Assembly: GCA_965213685.1 (NCBI GenBank)
Contig: CBDBZY010000031.1
Coordinates: 32,001-96,000 of the forward strand
Length of the DNA: 64,000 nucleotides
DNA from: a bacterium
Lineage (GTDB): Bacteria; UBA8248
Reading direction: 5' to 3'
Part shown: positions 31,654 to 41,125 of the stretch, piece after piece
Numbering within the stretch: the first letter of the stretch is position 1
How the letters are laid out: each line of letters opens with the position of its first letter
Notes under the pieces: model-generated
What the model was told of the DNA's origin: nothing
What the model saw: the letters and a program-made list of their open reading frames with translations, nothing else
Databases searched by the model: none
Position numbers and translations under genes: made by a program

Positions 31654-32901
31654 CTACCGGCCCGCCGCCGCCTCCGCCACGCGGGGGGAGTACGCGAGGT
31701 CGTCCACCTGGGGCGGGTCCTCGAGAAAGCCCGCCGCCTTCAGCGACAGCACGTCGTTCGTCCCGTCCGAATGCAGGAAACTCAGGGCGTCGCGCATGAG
31801 TTTCTCGATGGGATTTTTTCGCATATACCCCGCCGCACCCCAAAGCTCCATCGCCGCCTGGCACACCTGCACGGCGGACTCGGAGGCGAACACCTTGCTC
31901 AGCATCGCGTTTTTCCTGTCCATCTCGTCGAGCTGGGTGCTCCACGCCGTGCGCCACAGATAGGAGCGGGACGCCTCGATCTTCATCGCCATGCGCGCGA
32001 GCCGCACTTGCTGAATCTGGTGGGCGAACAAAGGCGCGCTGCCCTGGATTCTCGCGTGGGCGTACTGCAGGGACAGATCATACGCCCGCTGCGCGACGCC
32101 CAAGACGGTGGCGCCCGCCTGAATGTTGCTGCCATGCTTTATCAGCAGGTTGGCGAGCGCCGGCAGGGCCTGGCCCACCTCCCCGATCTGATCCTCCTCG
32201 GGAATTTCCACATCATGAAACTCCAGGGTGCCGTTTTGCACGCACCGCTGGCCCAGCTTGTCCCACACCTCGGTGACCGCAAAACCCTTCGCGTCCGAGG
32301 GCATCAAAAAAGCGGTGAGGCCCCTCGACAGCGGATCGTCCTTGTCCGTGCGGGCGACGATTTGATAGATTTTGGCGAGCCCGCCGTTCGAGATGTAGCG
32401 CTTCGTGCCGTTGAGCACCCAGCGGTCGCCCTTCTTCTGCGCATACGCCTGCATTCCCGCGCCGGGATTCGGATTGGGCCATATGTTGTCGCTGCCGGCG
32501 GTCGGCTCCGTCCAGGCCGTCGCCAGCAGGCACGCATCGTCGTCCATCAGTTTCGGAAGCCAGCGCCCGCGCTGCTCCTCATTCGCCATGTTGACGATCG
32601 ACGTCATGATCTTCCACGTCTGATCATAGGCGACGGCGAGTCCCAAATCCCCGTACGCGAGGGCCTCTCCCACGATGGCGCACGAGAGCACGTCGGCCCC
32701 CTCGCCGCCGAATTCCTTCGGGACGGTAAGCGTCCGGAGGCCCCGCCGGGAGCCCTCCCGGATGACCTCCCAGTTGAAGGATTCCTCCGGGTCCTGGATG
32801 CGGTCCGCGACCTCCGCGGCGGGTATCATCACCTCGGTGGCGTATCTTTTCGCGATGTCCTGGAGTTCCGTCTGCCGCGACGTGAGCTGAAAATCGACCA
32901 T
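31654..32901 (-). CDS. acyl-CoA dehydrogenase family protein
   Basis: TEPTAGSD, LNGTKRYISNG, KLGQR, WGAAGYM, KLMRDA. Confidence 0.9.
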   Translation of the reverse strand: MVDFQLTSRQTELQDIAKRYATEVMIPAAEVADRIQDPEESFNWEVIREGSRRGLRTLTVPKEFGGEGADVLSCAIVGEALAYGDLGLAVAYDQTWKIMTSIVNMANEEQRGRWLPKLMDDDACLLATAWTEPTAGSDNIWPNPNPGAGMQAYAQKKGDRWVLNGTKRYISNGGLAKIYQIVARTDKDDPLSRGLTAFLMPSDAKGFAVTEVWDKLGQRCVQNGTLEFHDVEIPEEDQIGEVGQALPALANLLIKHGSNIQAGATVLGVAQRAYDLSLQYAHARIQGSAPLFAHQIQQVRLARMAMKIEASRSYLWRTAWSTQLDEMDRKNAMLSKVFASESAVQVCQAAMELWGAAGYMRKNPIEKLMRDALSFLHSDGTNDVLSLKAAGFLEDPPQVDDLAYSPRVAEAAAGR

Positions 32902-33028
32902 CGGTTTCATCCTCCCCCGGAAAACGGGTTGTCGATATGTGCGCGGCGGCGCACCCTGCGCCAGAGAGAAACCGCGCGCCTGCGCCTCCCCACTCTCCCG
33001 CCGGACGCGCGGGGAGACGAAGGCGCTG

Positions 33029-33427
33029 CTAATGCGCCGATGGATTCTCGCACAACTCGATGCGAATGTTTCCAGGCCCCCTGACATAGGCGATCATGCG
33101 CCCGCCAACGCCGCGGCGCACGGGCTCCACCATGATCTGCGCGCCCTTGCCCCGGAGCCATTCCACGGCGGCCTCCACGTCGGCGACGCCAAACCCGAAG
33201 TGATCCAGGCCCTGGACAAGATCTGGCCCCACGGCGTCGGGCGTCTCGCCCGGCCTGAGGCCGCGCGCGAATATCACCAGACGGCCGATTTGAATCGCCG
33301 CGTTGGGCGCACCCTTCAAGTCCTCGTCGTAGCGGATGATTTTCGCATCGAACACGTCCTGAAAATAATCGGCAAACGCCTTCACGTCGGCGCAAACGTA
33401 GTGCATGTGGTCAAACCCGAACTCCAT
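33029..33427 (-). CDS. VOC/glyoxalase family protein
   Basis: FDHMHY, GLDHFGF, GPGNIRIEL. Confidence 0.85.
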   Translation of the reverse strand: MEFGFDHMHYVCADVKAFADYFQDVFDAKIIRYDEDLKGAPNAAIQIGRLVIFARGLRPGETPDAVGPDLVQGLDHFGFGVADVEAAVEWLRGKGAQIMVEPVRRGVGGRMIAYVRGPGNIRIELCENPSAH

Positions 33428-33449
33428 GAAATCCCCCTGAAGATGCGCC

Positions 33450-35159
33450 TCAAGGCGTGATGATGAGGGGTGCGGCTTCCGCATCCGCACTCCCCGGGGC
33501 GCCGCTGTCCCCGGCGCCCTCCTGCCGTGCCTCCCCTTCCCCGCCCGCGGACTCCCGGGCTTGCCGGATCATGCGCTCCATCATCACGCTGACGGAATAC
33601 TGAACCATCTCGACGAGCAGCGGTGCGCGCCCATCCGCATCCTCGCGCACCTCGTCCGCCAGCGTCACGCACTCCCGGGCCATCGGCTCATCGCCCGCCT
33701 GGCGGAAAATATATGCGTTATCCTCCAGCTGGCCCGCTATGCGCTCCCGCAATCCCTCCTCCCGGAAAATCTCCTTCGCGCCATTTTCCACTATCTGGCG
33801 AAGGCGCTCTTTTTGCTGTCTCTCATCCATCGCCACCTGGCTTTCCATCGCCTGCAGGGATTCCCGAAAATACGGCGCGACGCGCTCCTCGTCCATCGCC
33901 CAACCCCAGAAGGGCCGATGGGAGAACAGCGCCCGCACCTCCATCCTCTCCTCGCCTTCGGCCAGGCGGTCCACCATCCCGCGCACAGGGTGCGCTCCCC
34001 CCGCGGGGAACGCGGCGGATTCCGCCAGCGGCTCCAGCATGAGCTTCGCGTGCGTAAATCCGCGGGGAAGCGGCGTTTCTCCCGCCTCGTTTTCGCGCTG
34101 GCTCCGCTCCAGAAGCCAGACGGCATACCCGGCGGGCACCTCCTGCGACGCCAGGGTGGGAACCTCCGAAATCCGCTGGAATACGCCGCGCAACTCCCTG
34201 GCGCTCATCTCCGCGTCGGTGAGCTCCACAATCCCCCGTCCCCGACGCAGGCGCGCCTGCACGAGATACCTTCCGCGCGGAACCCGGGAGCGGGCGATCC
34301 ACACGAGCATCTGTCCGCGGCCGTCCACGGCGCTGGCCACGGCGCGCACATAATCGGGCTGGTGGGTTCGACTGGCCGCGCGCGCCTGCGGATCGGGCGA
34401 TTTTTCGATTTCAACGCCCTGGTTTTTCAGGCGAAAGATCGCCTTGCGAATGCGGGACAACGTCTCCTTGTCGCCGGCGGACTCCGAGAGCGACCGGAGG
34501 GCGACCGCGGCTTCCCGCGTGCCCATGCGCCCCAGAATTTCTATGAAATGCGCGGGCGGCGGCGCTCCCTCGTCGGCCATCGCCTCCGCCAGGGCGAGTG
34601 CGTTCGCGGCGGAGACGCCATCCATGCCGCCGAGGCCGTCGCGCAGCGTCACCTCCTGCAAAAAAGGAGGCAAGTTCTTCAACAAGGACACGACGACGCG
34701 CGCGGAATCGCCCGTGAGGGGCGCGCCCGCTCCCAGCCGGCCGGAAATGTCGCGGGCCTTGCCCAGGTTCTCCGCACCGAGGCCAGCCGGCAGCTCCGCC
34801 CTGGCGTCCAACGCCTCGATGGTCTCCACCAGCGCGGCGAGTCCCGGCGTCGACCAGCGCATCGTCCGGATGAGGGAGAGCAATCTGGGAACGACGGACG
34901 CATCGCCCAGCGCCCGCAGCGCAAGAAGGGTGGGGATGCGTCCGGCCGCGCTGGTGGAGGACAAATGGGCCAACACGCCGGCGGTCCCGACCGCTCCCAT
35001 CTCCCGGATTTCATCCAGCAGGGGCGCCGGCGCCAGGGCACCGGGCGGCGCGGGCACCGTGAAGGACGCCTCGAGGCCAGCCGCGACACCAACCGCCCGG
35101 TTCAAGTCCTCCTCGGAGAAGGCTTTTTTCGAGAATTTCACCCTGGATTTTCTTGCCAC
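33450..35159 (-). CDS. hypothetical protein with HEAT-like helical N-terminal half
   Basis: long coding-like ORF; ALRALGDASVVPRL, LGRMGTREAAVAL, RKAIFRLK, SAVDGRG. Confidence 0.65.
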   Translation of the reverse strand: MARKSRVKFSKKAFSEEDLNRAVGVAAGLEASFTVPAPPGALAPAPLLDEIREMGAVGTAGVLAHLSSTSAAGRIPTLLALRALGDASVVPRLLSLIRTMRWSTPGLAALVETIEALDARAELPAGLGAENLGKARDISGRLGAGAPLTGDSARVVVSLLKNLPPFLQEVTLRDGLGGMDGVSAANALALAEAMADEGAPPPAHFIEILGRMGTREAAVALRSLSESAGDKETLSRIRKAIFRLKNQGVEIEKSPDPQARAASRTHQPDYVRAVASAVDGRGQMLVWIARSRVPRGRYLVQARLRRGRGIVELTDAEMSARELRGVFQRISEVPTLASQEVPAGYAVWLLERSQRENEAGETPLPRGFTHAKLMLEPLAESAAFPAGGAHPVRGMVDRLAEGEERMEVRALFSHRPFWGWAMDEERVAPYFRESLQAMESQVAMDERQQKERLRQIVENGAKEIFREEGLRERIAGQLEDNAYIFRQAGDEPMARECVTLADEVREDADGRAPLLVEMVQYSVSVMMERMIRQARESAGGEGEARQEGAGDSGAPGSADAEAAPLIITP

Positions 35160-35323
35160 GCCACCTCTCCCGCAAAAATGATTGGACGCCTCCATCATTG
35201 GCGGGCGCGGCGCGCAGTGTCAAGACGGCGCGGGAGGCGCCGCCCCGATCCGATCCCCCCCGGCTTTTGCCAACGGTGGCGGCCCATGGCAAAATCGCCG
35301 ACGTTCCGATTTGGGGAGACGCC

Positions 35324-36313
35324 ATGAACTTCCGGTTCGCCCATTGCGGCGATTTCCACCTCGGCCATGATTTCGACTATCTCCCGGCTTCCAAGGCAGC
35401 GGCGCGCCGGGCCGACTTGCGCATGGCGTTTTTTCGCTCGGTGCGCGAGGCGCTCGCATGGGGTGCGCAGGCGTTCCTCATCTCGGGCGACCTGTTCGAC
35501 ACCCCGCATCCGGATGCGCGCGATGTGGCCATCGTCTCGAAGAATCTCTCGCACCTGTCCAAAAAGGGGGTGCGCTGCTTCGCCATTCCCGGCAACCATG
35601 ACCCGATGGGCGCCGAATCCGTCTGGAACCGGCCCGAAATCGCCAACCACGTTCGGCTGTTCGGCAACGACCCGGGCAACGGACTGGACCAGGAGCGCAT
35701 CGCCGAGCTGGACCTCACCATCGCGGGAATCCCCTGGAACATGAACGACGCATTCCGGCCGCCCCTGCAGGCAATTCTCACGCGGGAACTCCGCTTGACC
35801 GACAGGGCCATCCTCCTCCTGCACGGCTCGGAAGCCGCCCTCGCCCGGGAGCATCCCGCGTTCCGGGAACATCCCTTCCGGGCCGATGACCTCAGGCGCC
35901 TGCCGTTCGGGTATGTGGCCATCGGCCATTACCACAAGCCCGTGGACGTCGCCCGGTGGGACGGCGGCGCCGCGTGCTACAGCGGCTCGCCCGAGGGGAT
36001 GCGCTTCAGCGACCACAACCTGGGAGTCCGCTCGATCGTCTTGGGAGAGATGGACGAGCGGGGCGCTCTCGTCCGGGTGCGGAGACAGCCCGTCAACGCG
36101 CGCACCATGCGCACCCTCTCCTATGCGGCAGGCGATGGAACGACGGCGGACGACTGGTTTCGGGCCGTGGACGACATGCGGGACCCGGACACCCTCCTGC
36201 GGGTGCGCGTCCCCAGGGAGCGGGGCGCGGGGCAAAGGCGGGCGGAGGTTCTGCTGTCCTCCCTTCGTCCGGATTTTTTCTATCTGGACATCGTATGGGA
36301 GTCCCCCGCGTGA
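35324..36313 (+). CDS. SbcD/Mre11-like DNA repair metallophosphoesterase
   Basis: HCGDFHLG, SGDLFD, PGNHD, LLHG, IGHYH, YSGSPE. Confidence 0.85.
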   Translation: MNFRFAHCGDFHLGHDFDYLPASKAAARRADLRMAFFRSVREALAWGAQAFLISGDLFDTPHPDARDVAIVSKNLSHLSKKGVRCFAIPGNHDPMGAESVWNRPEIANHVRLFGNDPGNGLDQERIAELDLTIAGIPWNMNDAFRPPLQAILTRELRLTDRAILLLHGSEAALAREHPAFREHPFRADDLRRLPFGYVAIGHYHKPVDVARWDGGAACYSGSPEGMRFSDHNLGVRSIVLGEMDERGALVRVRRQPVNARTMRTLSYAAGDGTTADDWFRAVDDMRDPDTLLRVRVPRERGAGQRRAEVLLSSLRPDFFYLDIVWESPA

Positions 36314-37173
36314 GCAAGGCCGTCTGGTGCGACGTCGCCTTCGCCCGCACCGAAGTCGCCGCGCGACTCGCAGACGCCCGCCGCGTGCGCGGAGAGGGCG
36401 AGCGGAATGTCGTGTGCGTCGTGATAGACGTGCTCCGAGCCACCACGAGCATCGCGGCCATCCTGGAAAACGGATGCGCCGCCATATATCCCTGCGCATC
36501 TCCCGGAGCGGCGCGGGCGCTGGCCCGCGGGCTGCGGCACCGGCACGGGCCGGGGGAAATACTCCTGGGCGGGGAGCAGGACGGCAAACCCATCGAGGGA
36601 TTCGATGCGGGGAACTCCCCGCTGGAATACACGAGCGAGCGAATCGGCGGGAAAATGCTGGCGTTCTCCACGAGCAACGGAACCGGAACGCTGGCCGCCG
36701 TCCAGGGCTGCGGGGAGGTTTTCACCGCCGCTTTCGTGAACATCACCGCCGCGGCCAAGCGGGCGGGGCGCCTCCTGCGGGCGAACCCGGGACGAACGCT
36801 CCTGATCGCCTGCGCCGGCCGCGAGGGTGCCTACTGCGAAGAAGACGCCGTGGCGGCGGGCGTCCTGCTGCGCATCCTGTCCGGGAAGGCGGCGCCCCTG
36901 GCTCTCTCAGACGCCGCGCGCGCGGCCCTCCGCCTCGCCGAAGGCGCGGAACGGGACCTGGAGAAAATGCTCCTTCGCAGCTGGTGGGGAAAACACCTGT
37001 GCGCCCTGGGCCTTGGAGACGACGTATCCTTCTGCGGGCGGAAGGACGTCACGAGCGTCGTTCCCGTCCTTGCCGGGGGGGCGATAACGCGCGCTCAGCC
37101 CCCGGGCGCGCCGCCCAATGCGCCCTCCACCGCGCTTTCCGCCTCCGGAGAGTCCGCCCCGGGCTTCAGGTAA
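36310..37173 (+). CDS. comB: 2-phosphosulfolactate phosphatase family
   Basis: VIDVLRATTS, GGE...GFDAGNSP, STSNGT, EEDAVAAG. Confidence 0.88.
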   Translation: MSKAVWCDVAFARTEVAARLADARRVRGEGERNVVCVVIDVLRATTSIAAILENGCAAIYPCASPGAARALARGLRHRHGPGEILLGGEQDGKPIEGFDAGNSPLEYTSERIGGKMLAFSTSNGTGTLAAVQGCGEVFTAAFVNITAAAKRAGRLLRANPGRTLLIACAGREGAYCEEDAVAAGVLLRILSGKAAPLALSDAARAALRLAEGAERDLEKMLLRSWWGKHLCALGLGDDVSFCGRKDVTSVVPVLAGGAITRAQPPGAPPNAPSTALSASGESAPGFR

Positions 37174-37907
37174 AGAAAAAACTCCCGGTTGCCCTTGGCG
37201 CCCGTAACGGCGCTCTCGGCGATGGCCTGGGGGGACGCTTCCATCCGCAGCGCCTCGCTCCAGACGCGGAGGAGCACCTCTCGGTGAAGCGCGGGGTCGC
37301 GGACGATACCCCCCTTGCCGACGCGGCCCCTGCCCACCTCAAACTGCGGCTTGACGAGCGCGACCATCTCTCCGCCATCGGGCAGCAGCCCGCGAACCGG
37401 TCCGAGCACCTTGACGAGGGAGATGAAAGAAACGTCCATGACGCACAAACCCGGCCGCTCCTCCCCCGCCAGCGTCCGGAAGGCCTCCGGCGTCAGACGC
37501 CGCGCGTTGACACCCTCCAGCAGGGTGACCCTGGGGTCGTTCCGCAGCTTCCAGGCGATCAGCCCCCTGCCCACGTCCACCGCCGCGACGCGGCGGGCAC
37601 CGCGCGCGAGCAGCACATCGGTAAATCCGCCCGTCGACGCGCCGACGTCCAGGCAATACCTGCCTTCCGGACACACCCCAAAAGCGTCCAGCGCGCCGGC
37701 GAGCTTCAGCCCGCCCCGGCTCACGTAGGGGCATGGGTCTTCCCGGACGGTGATGGAGGCGTCCTCGAGAAAAGAGGAACCCGCCTTGTCGGCGGGTTTG
37801 CCGTCCACGCGGACGAGACCGGCCAGGATCAGGCGCCGCGCGCGCTCCCGGCTCGGGGCCAGGGCGCGTTCGACGACGAGCCTGTCAAGCCTCTGTTTTC
37901 TTGCCAT
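37095..37907 (-). CDS. tlyA: TlyA family RNA methyltransferase
   Basis: S4 domain RLD, YVSRGGLKL, DVGASTGGFT, DVSFISL, KPQFE, GNREF. Confidence 0.93.
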   Translation of the reverse strand: MARKQRLDRLVVERALAPSRERARRLILAGLVRVDGKPADKAGSSFLEDASITVREDPCPYVSRGGLKLAGALDAFGVCPEGRYCLDVGASTGGFTDVLLARGARRVAAVDVGRGLIAWKLRNDPRVTLLEGVNARRLTPEAFRTLAGEERPGLCVMDVSFISLVKVLGPVRGLLPDGGEMVALVKPQFEVGRGRVGKGGIVRDPALHREVLLRVWSEALRMEASPQAIAESAVTGAKGNREFFLYLKPGADSPEAESAVEGALGGAPGG

Positions 37908-39819
37908 AGGTCGCCAGGCCGGCGGAATCGGACTCCGCCTCGAGCATCCGGCAAGCCGCCTGCGTGATGTCGCCCGGCGTCAGTCCGCAAGCCTCGCGCT
38001 GGAAGTGGGGCGCCCCGTGTTCGACAAAGTGGTCCGGAATCCCCAGAACGGCGACGGGAACGTCCGAAACGCCGCGCGCCGCCAGAAGCTCCAAAACGCC
38101 GGACCCCATGCCGCCGATGCGCGTCCCCTCCTCAATGGTGACGATGCGCTTGCATCGCCTGGCGAGCGCCAGAATTTTCTCCTCATCCATCGGCTTCACG
38201 AAGCGGAGGTTCAAAACCGACGCCTGGATTCTGATTTCCGCCAGCTGCTCCGCCGCCTCCGTGGCGAGGCCCACCATGGGGCCCAGGGCGATGAGCGCCA
38301 CGTCGTCTCCCTCTCGGAGCAGCTCCGCCCGCCCGATGGGAATCGTCCCGATATTCTCGTCCATCGCCACCCCCTCGCCGGAGCCGCGCGCGAAACGCAC
38401 CGCCGCCGGCCCGGGATGCTCGATGGCGGTACGAACCATCTTTCGCAGCTCGTTCTCGTCTTTGGGGGACATGATCACCATGTTCGGCAAGCAGCGGAGG
38501 TAGGCCAGGTCATACGCCCCCTGGTGGGTGGGGCCGTCGTCGCCCACCAGGCCGGCGCGGTCCAGTGCGAAGGCGACGGGCACGTTGGTGAGGCAGACGT
38601 CGTGGATGATCTGATCGTAGGCGCGCTGCAGGAACGTGCTGTAGATGGCGACCACCGGCTTCATCCCCTGAAGCGCCAGCCCCGCGGCGAACGTCACCGC
38701 GTGCTGCTCGCACATCCCGACGTCGAAGCAGCGATCCGGCAGCACCTTCTGATAGTTCACGAGGGCCGTGCCCTCGAGCATGGCCGCCGAGATGGCCACT
38801 ATCTTCTCGTCCTCCGCGCTGAGGCGGATCATGGCGTCGGTAAAAACCTTGGAGTAGCTCGGAGGCCCGGCCGCTTTCTTGTGAAACTTGCCGGACTCGG
38901 GGTCGAATTTCGTCACCCCGTGGTAGGTGATGGGCTCCGCCTCGCTGTAGGGATACCCATGGCCCTTGCGGGTGACGACGTGCACCAGGTTCGGGCCGTC
39001 CAGGTTCTTGACGTTGCGGAGCGTGGGAATGAGCAAATCCAGCCGATGGCCGTCCACCGGGCCGACATACCGAAAGCCCAGCTCCTCGAACAAGATGCCC
39101 GGCACGATGATATTTTTCAGCGAATCCTCCACCCGGTCCATGAACGTGACGGCATGATCGCCCACGAGGGGGAGGTGGCCCAGTATTTTCTGCACCTCGT
39201 CGCGCACCTTGCGCGCCCGGTTCGCCCACTCCCCCGTCATGATGCGCGCGAGATAGGAGCACATGGCGCCCACGTTGTGGGAAATTCCCATTTTGTTGTC
39301 GTTGAGGATGACGGTGAGGTTCCTCTTCACGTCGCCGGCGTTGTTGAGCGCCTCCATCGCCATGCCGGCGGTCAGGCTGCCGTCCCCGATGACGGCGACC
39401 ACCTGAAAATCCTCGCCCGAGAGGTCGCGCGCCGTCGCCATGCCGAGTGCCGCCGAAATCGACGTGCCCCCATGCGCCACGTTCAGATGGTCGTATTCGC
39501 TCTCGCGCCTGTCCGGGAAGCCCGCGATTCCCCCCCATTGCCTCAGCGTATGGAAGCGATCCCGGCGTCCCGTCAATATCTTGTGCGCATACGCCTGGTG
39601 GCCCACGTCCCAGATCAACTTGTCGCGCGGCGTGTCATAGAGATAGTGAAGCGCTACGACGAGCTCCGCCGCCCCCAGGGAGGCGCCGAGGTGTCCCCCC
39701 GTGGCGGAGGTTACCTGGATGACCATGTCGCGGAGCTCCTCCACGACCTGGGGAAGCTGGTCCTCCGGCAGTTTTCGCAAATCCGCCGGGCTATCGATGC
39801 GCTCGAGTAGTTCGCCCAT
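37885..39819 (-). CDS. dxs: 1-deoxy-D-xylulose-5-phosphate synthase
   Basis: GGHLG, WDVGHQAY, GDGS...EALNN, DRAGLVGDDGPTHQG. Confidence 0.97.
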   Translation of the reverse strand: MGELLERIDSPADLRKLPEDQLPQVVEELRDMVIQVTSATGGHLGASLGAAELVVALHYLYDTPRDKLIWDVGHQAYAHKILTGRRDRFHTLRQWGGIAGFPDRRESEYDHLNVAHGGTSISAALGMATARDLSGEDFQVVAVIGDGSLTAGMAMEALNNAGDVKRNLTVILNDNKMGISHNVGAMCSYLARIMTGEWANRARKVRDEVQKILGHLPLVGDHAVTFMDRVEDSLKNIIVPGILFEELGFRYVGPVDGHRLDLLIPTLRNVKNLDGPNLVHVVTRKGHGYPYSEAEPITYHGVTKFDPESGKFHKKAAGPPSYSKVFTDAMIRLSAEDEKIVAISAAMLEGTALVNYQKVLPDRCFDVGMCEQHAVTFAAGLALQGMKPVVAIYSTFLQRAYDQIIHDVCLTNVPVAFALDRAGLVGDDGPTHQGAYDLAYLRCLPNMVIMSPKDENELRKMVRTAIEHPGPAAVRFARGSGEGVAMDENIGTIPIGRAELLREGDDVALIALGPMVGLATEAAEQLAEIRIQASVLNLRFVKPMDEEKILALARRCKRIVTIEEGTRIGGMGSGVLELLAARGVSDVPVAVLGIPDHFVEHGAPHFQREACGLTPGDITQAACRMLEAESDSAGLATYGKKTEA

Positions 39820-39948
39820 GTCATCTCTCCCCCGGCTCCCCCGGGAAGCGTATCGCGACGCCCGTTTCTGCCCGGCCGGCGCGAACGCCCTCATCTCCGC
39901 ACGATGGCCCGCGCCCATATGGAAGGTTCCGGTATTCTAGCAGGAGCA

Positions 39949-40866
39949 TCAGAATCTGCGCAAGACGACGAACTGCGCCAGGGCGGCCAGGCCGGGCGCC
40001 TGGTCCGGCAGGGTTTCGAGCGCGTCGAGCGCCTCCCCGCAAGCGGAGCGCGCCAGTCGCTTCGATGCGTTCAGTCCATACAAGGCGGGGTAGGTCGCCT
40101 TGTCGAGTCCCGCGTCCGAGCCCGTGGGCTTGCCGATGAGCGCCGCGTCGCCCTCCACGTCGAGGATGTCGTCCACAATCTGAAACGCCAGGCCGATCCT
40201 CTCCCCATACGCGCCCAGGGCTTCGAGTTGCGCCTCATCGCCCCCGCCGAGCAGGCCCCCCAGGCAGACCGAAGCCCGCAGAAGGGCGCCCGTCTTTCTT
40301 CTGTGGGTCTCCTCCAGATGCGCGAACCCGCTCGCCCGGCCATGCGCCCGGACGTCCAGGAGCTGCCCCCCCACCATGCCCGCAGCACCCGCCGCCGCGG
40401 CCAACATGCGAATGGCGCGCACCTGGCGCGCCGGCGAAACGCGCTTCCCCATCTCCTCGCTCGCCATCAGTTCGAAGGCCAGGGTCTGCAAGCCGTCGCC
40501 CGCGAGAATCGCCGCCGCCTCGCCATACACCTTGTGGCTCGTGGGGACTCCCCGCCTGAGGTCGTCGTCGTCCATCGCGGGCAGGTCATCGTGGATCAGC
40601 GAGTAGGAATGAATGCATTCCAGGGCGCACGCGGCGGGCAGGATCGTTTCCGGATTCCCGCCAACGGCCTCGCATCCCGCCACGCAAAGCGCGGGACGCA
40701 GGCGCTTGCCCCCCGCGAAAAGGCTGTAGCGCATGACCTCGAACACTCCGGATGGTTCGGACGCTTCCGGCACCAGCCGATCGAGCGCCTCCTCCACGCG
40801 CCCCGCCCAGCCGCTCAGGTAGGCCGCCGCATCGACGACGCCCGGGGGGGCGGCCTCACCCATCAT
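39949..40866 (-). CDS. ispA: farnesyl/geranylgeranyl diphosphate synthase
   Basis: GGKRLRP, SLIHDDLPAMDDDDLRRG, FQIVDDILD; xseB-ispA-dxs synteny. Confidence 0.93.
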   Translation of the reverse strand: MMGEAAPPGVVDAAAYLSGWAGRVEEALDRLVPEASEPSGVFEVMRYSLFAGGKRLRPALCVAGCEAVGGNPETILPAACALECIHSYSLIHDDLPAMDDDDLRRGVPTSHKVYGEAAAILAGDGLQTLAFELMASEEMGKRVSPARQVRAIRMLAAAAGAAGMVGGQLLDVRAHGRASGFAHLEETHRRKTGALLRASVCLGGLLGGGDEAQLEALGAYGERIGLAFQIVDDILDVEGDAALIGKPTGSDAGLDKATYPALYGLNASKRLARSACGEALDALETLPDQAPGLAALAQFVVLRRF

Positions 40867-41125
40867 CCGCACCGTTGTCGAACGGCTGCAACGAGAAACC
40901 TCCCTCCAGGCCTCCCACGAGCTCCTCCACCCTCTTTTGCGCCGCGTCCAGTCGCTCCCGGCTATAGCGGAATATCCTCACGCCCTCCTCATACAGGGAG
41001 ACGGCTTCCTCCAGGGAAGCGTCGCCCCCCTCGAGCTCTTCCACGATGGACTCCAGACGCGCCAGGGCGGCCTCAAAACTTTTCGGTTCCGCATCGGGTT
41101 TCGCGGATTCATCCGAAGCACTCAT
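40856..41125 (-). CDS. xseB: exodeoxyribonuclease VII small subunit
   Basis: FEAALARLESIVEELE...LEEAVSLYEEG. Confidence 0.92.
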   Translation of the reverse strand: MSASDESAKPDAEPKSFEAALARLESIVEELEGGDASLEEAVSLYEEGVRIFRYSRERLDAAQKRVEELVGGLEGGFSLQPFDNGADDG

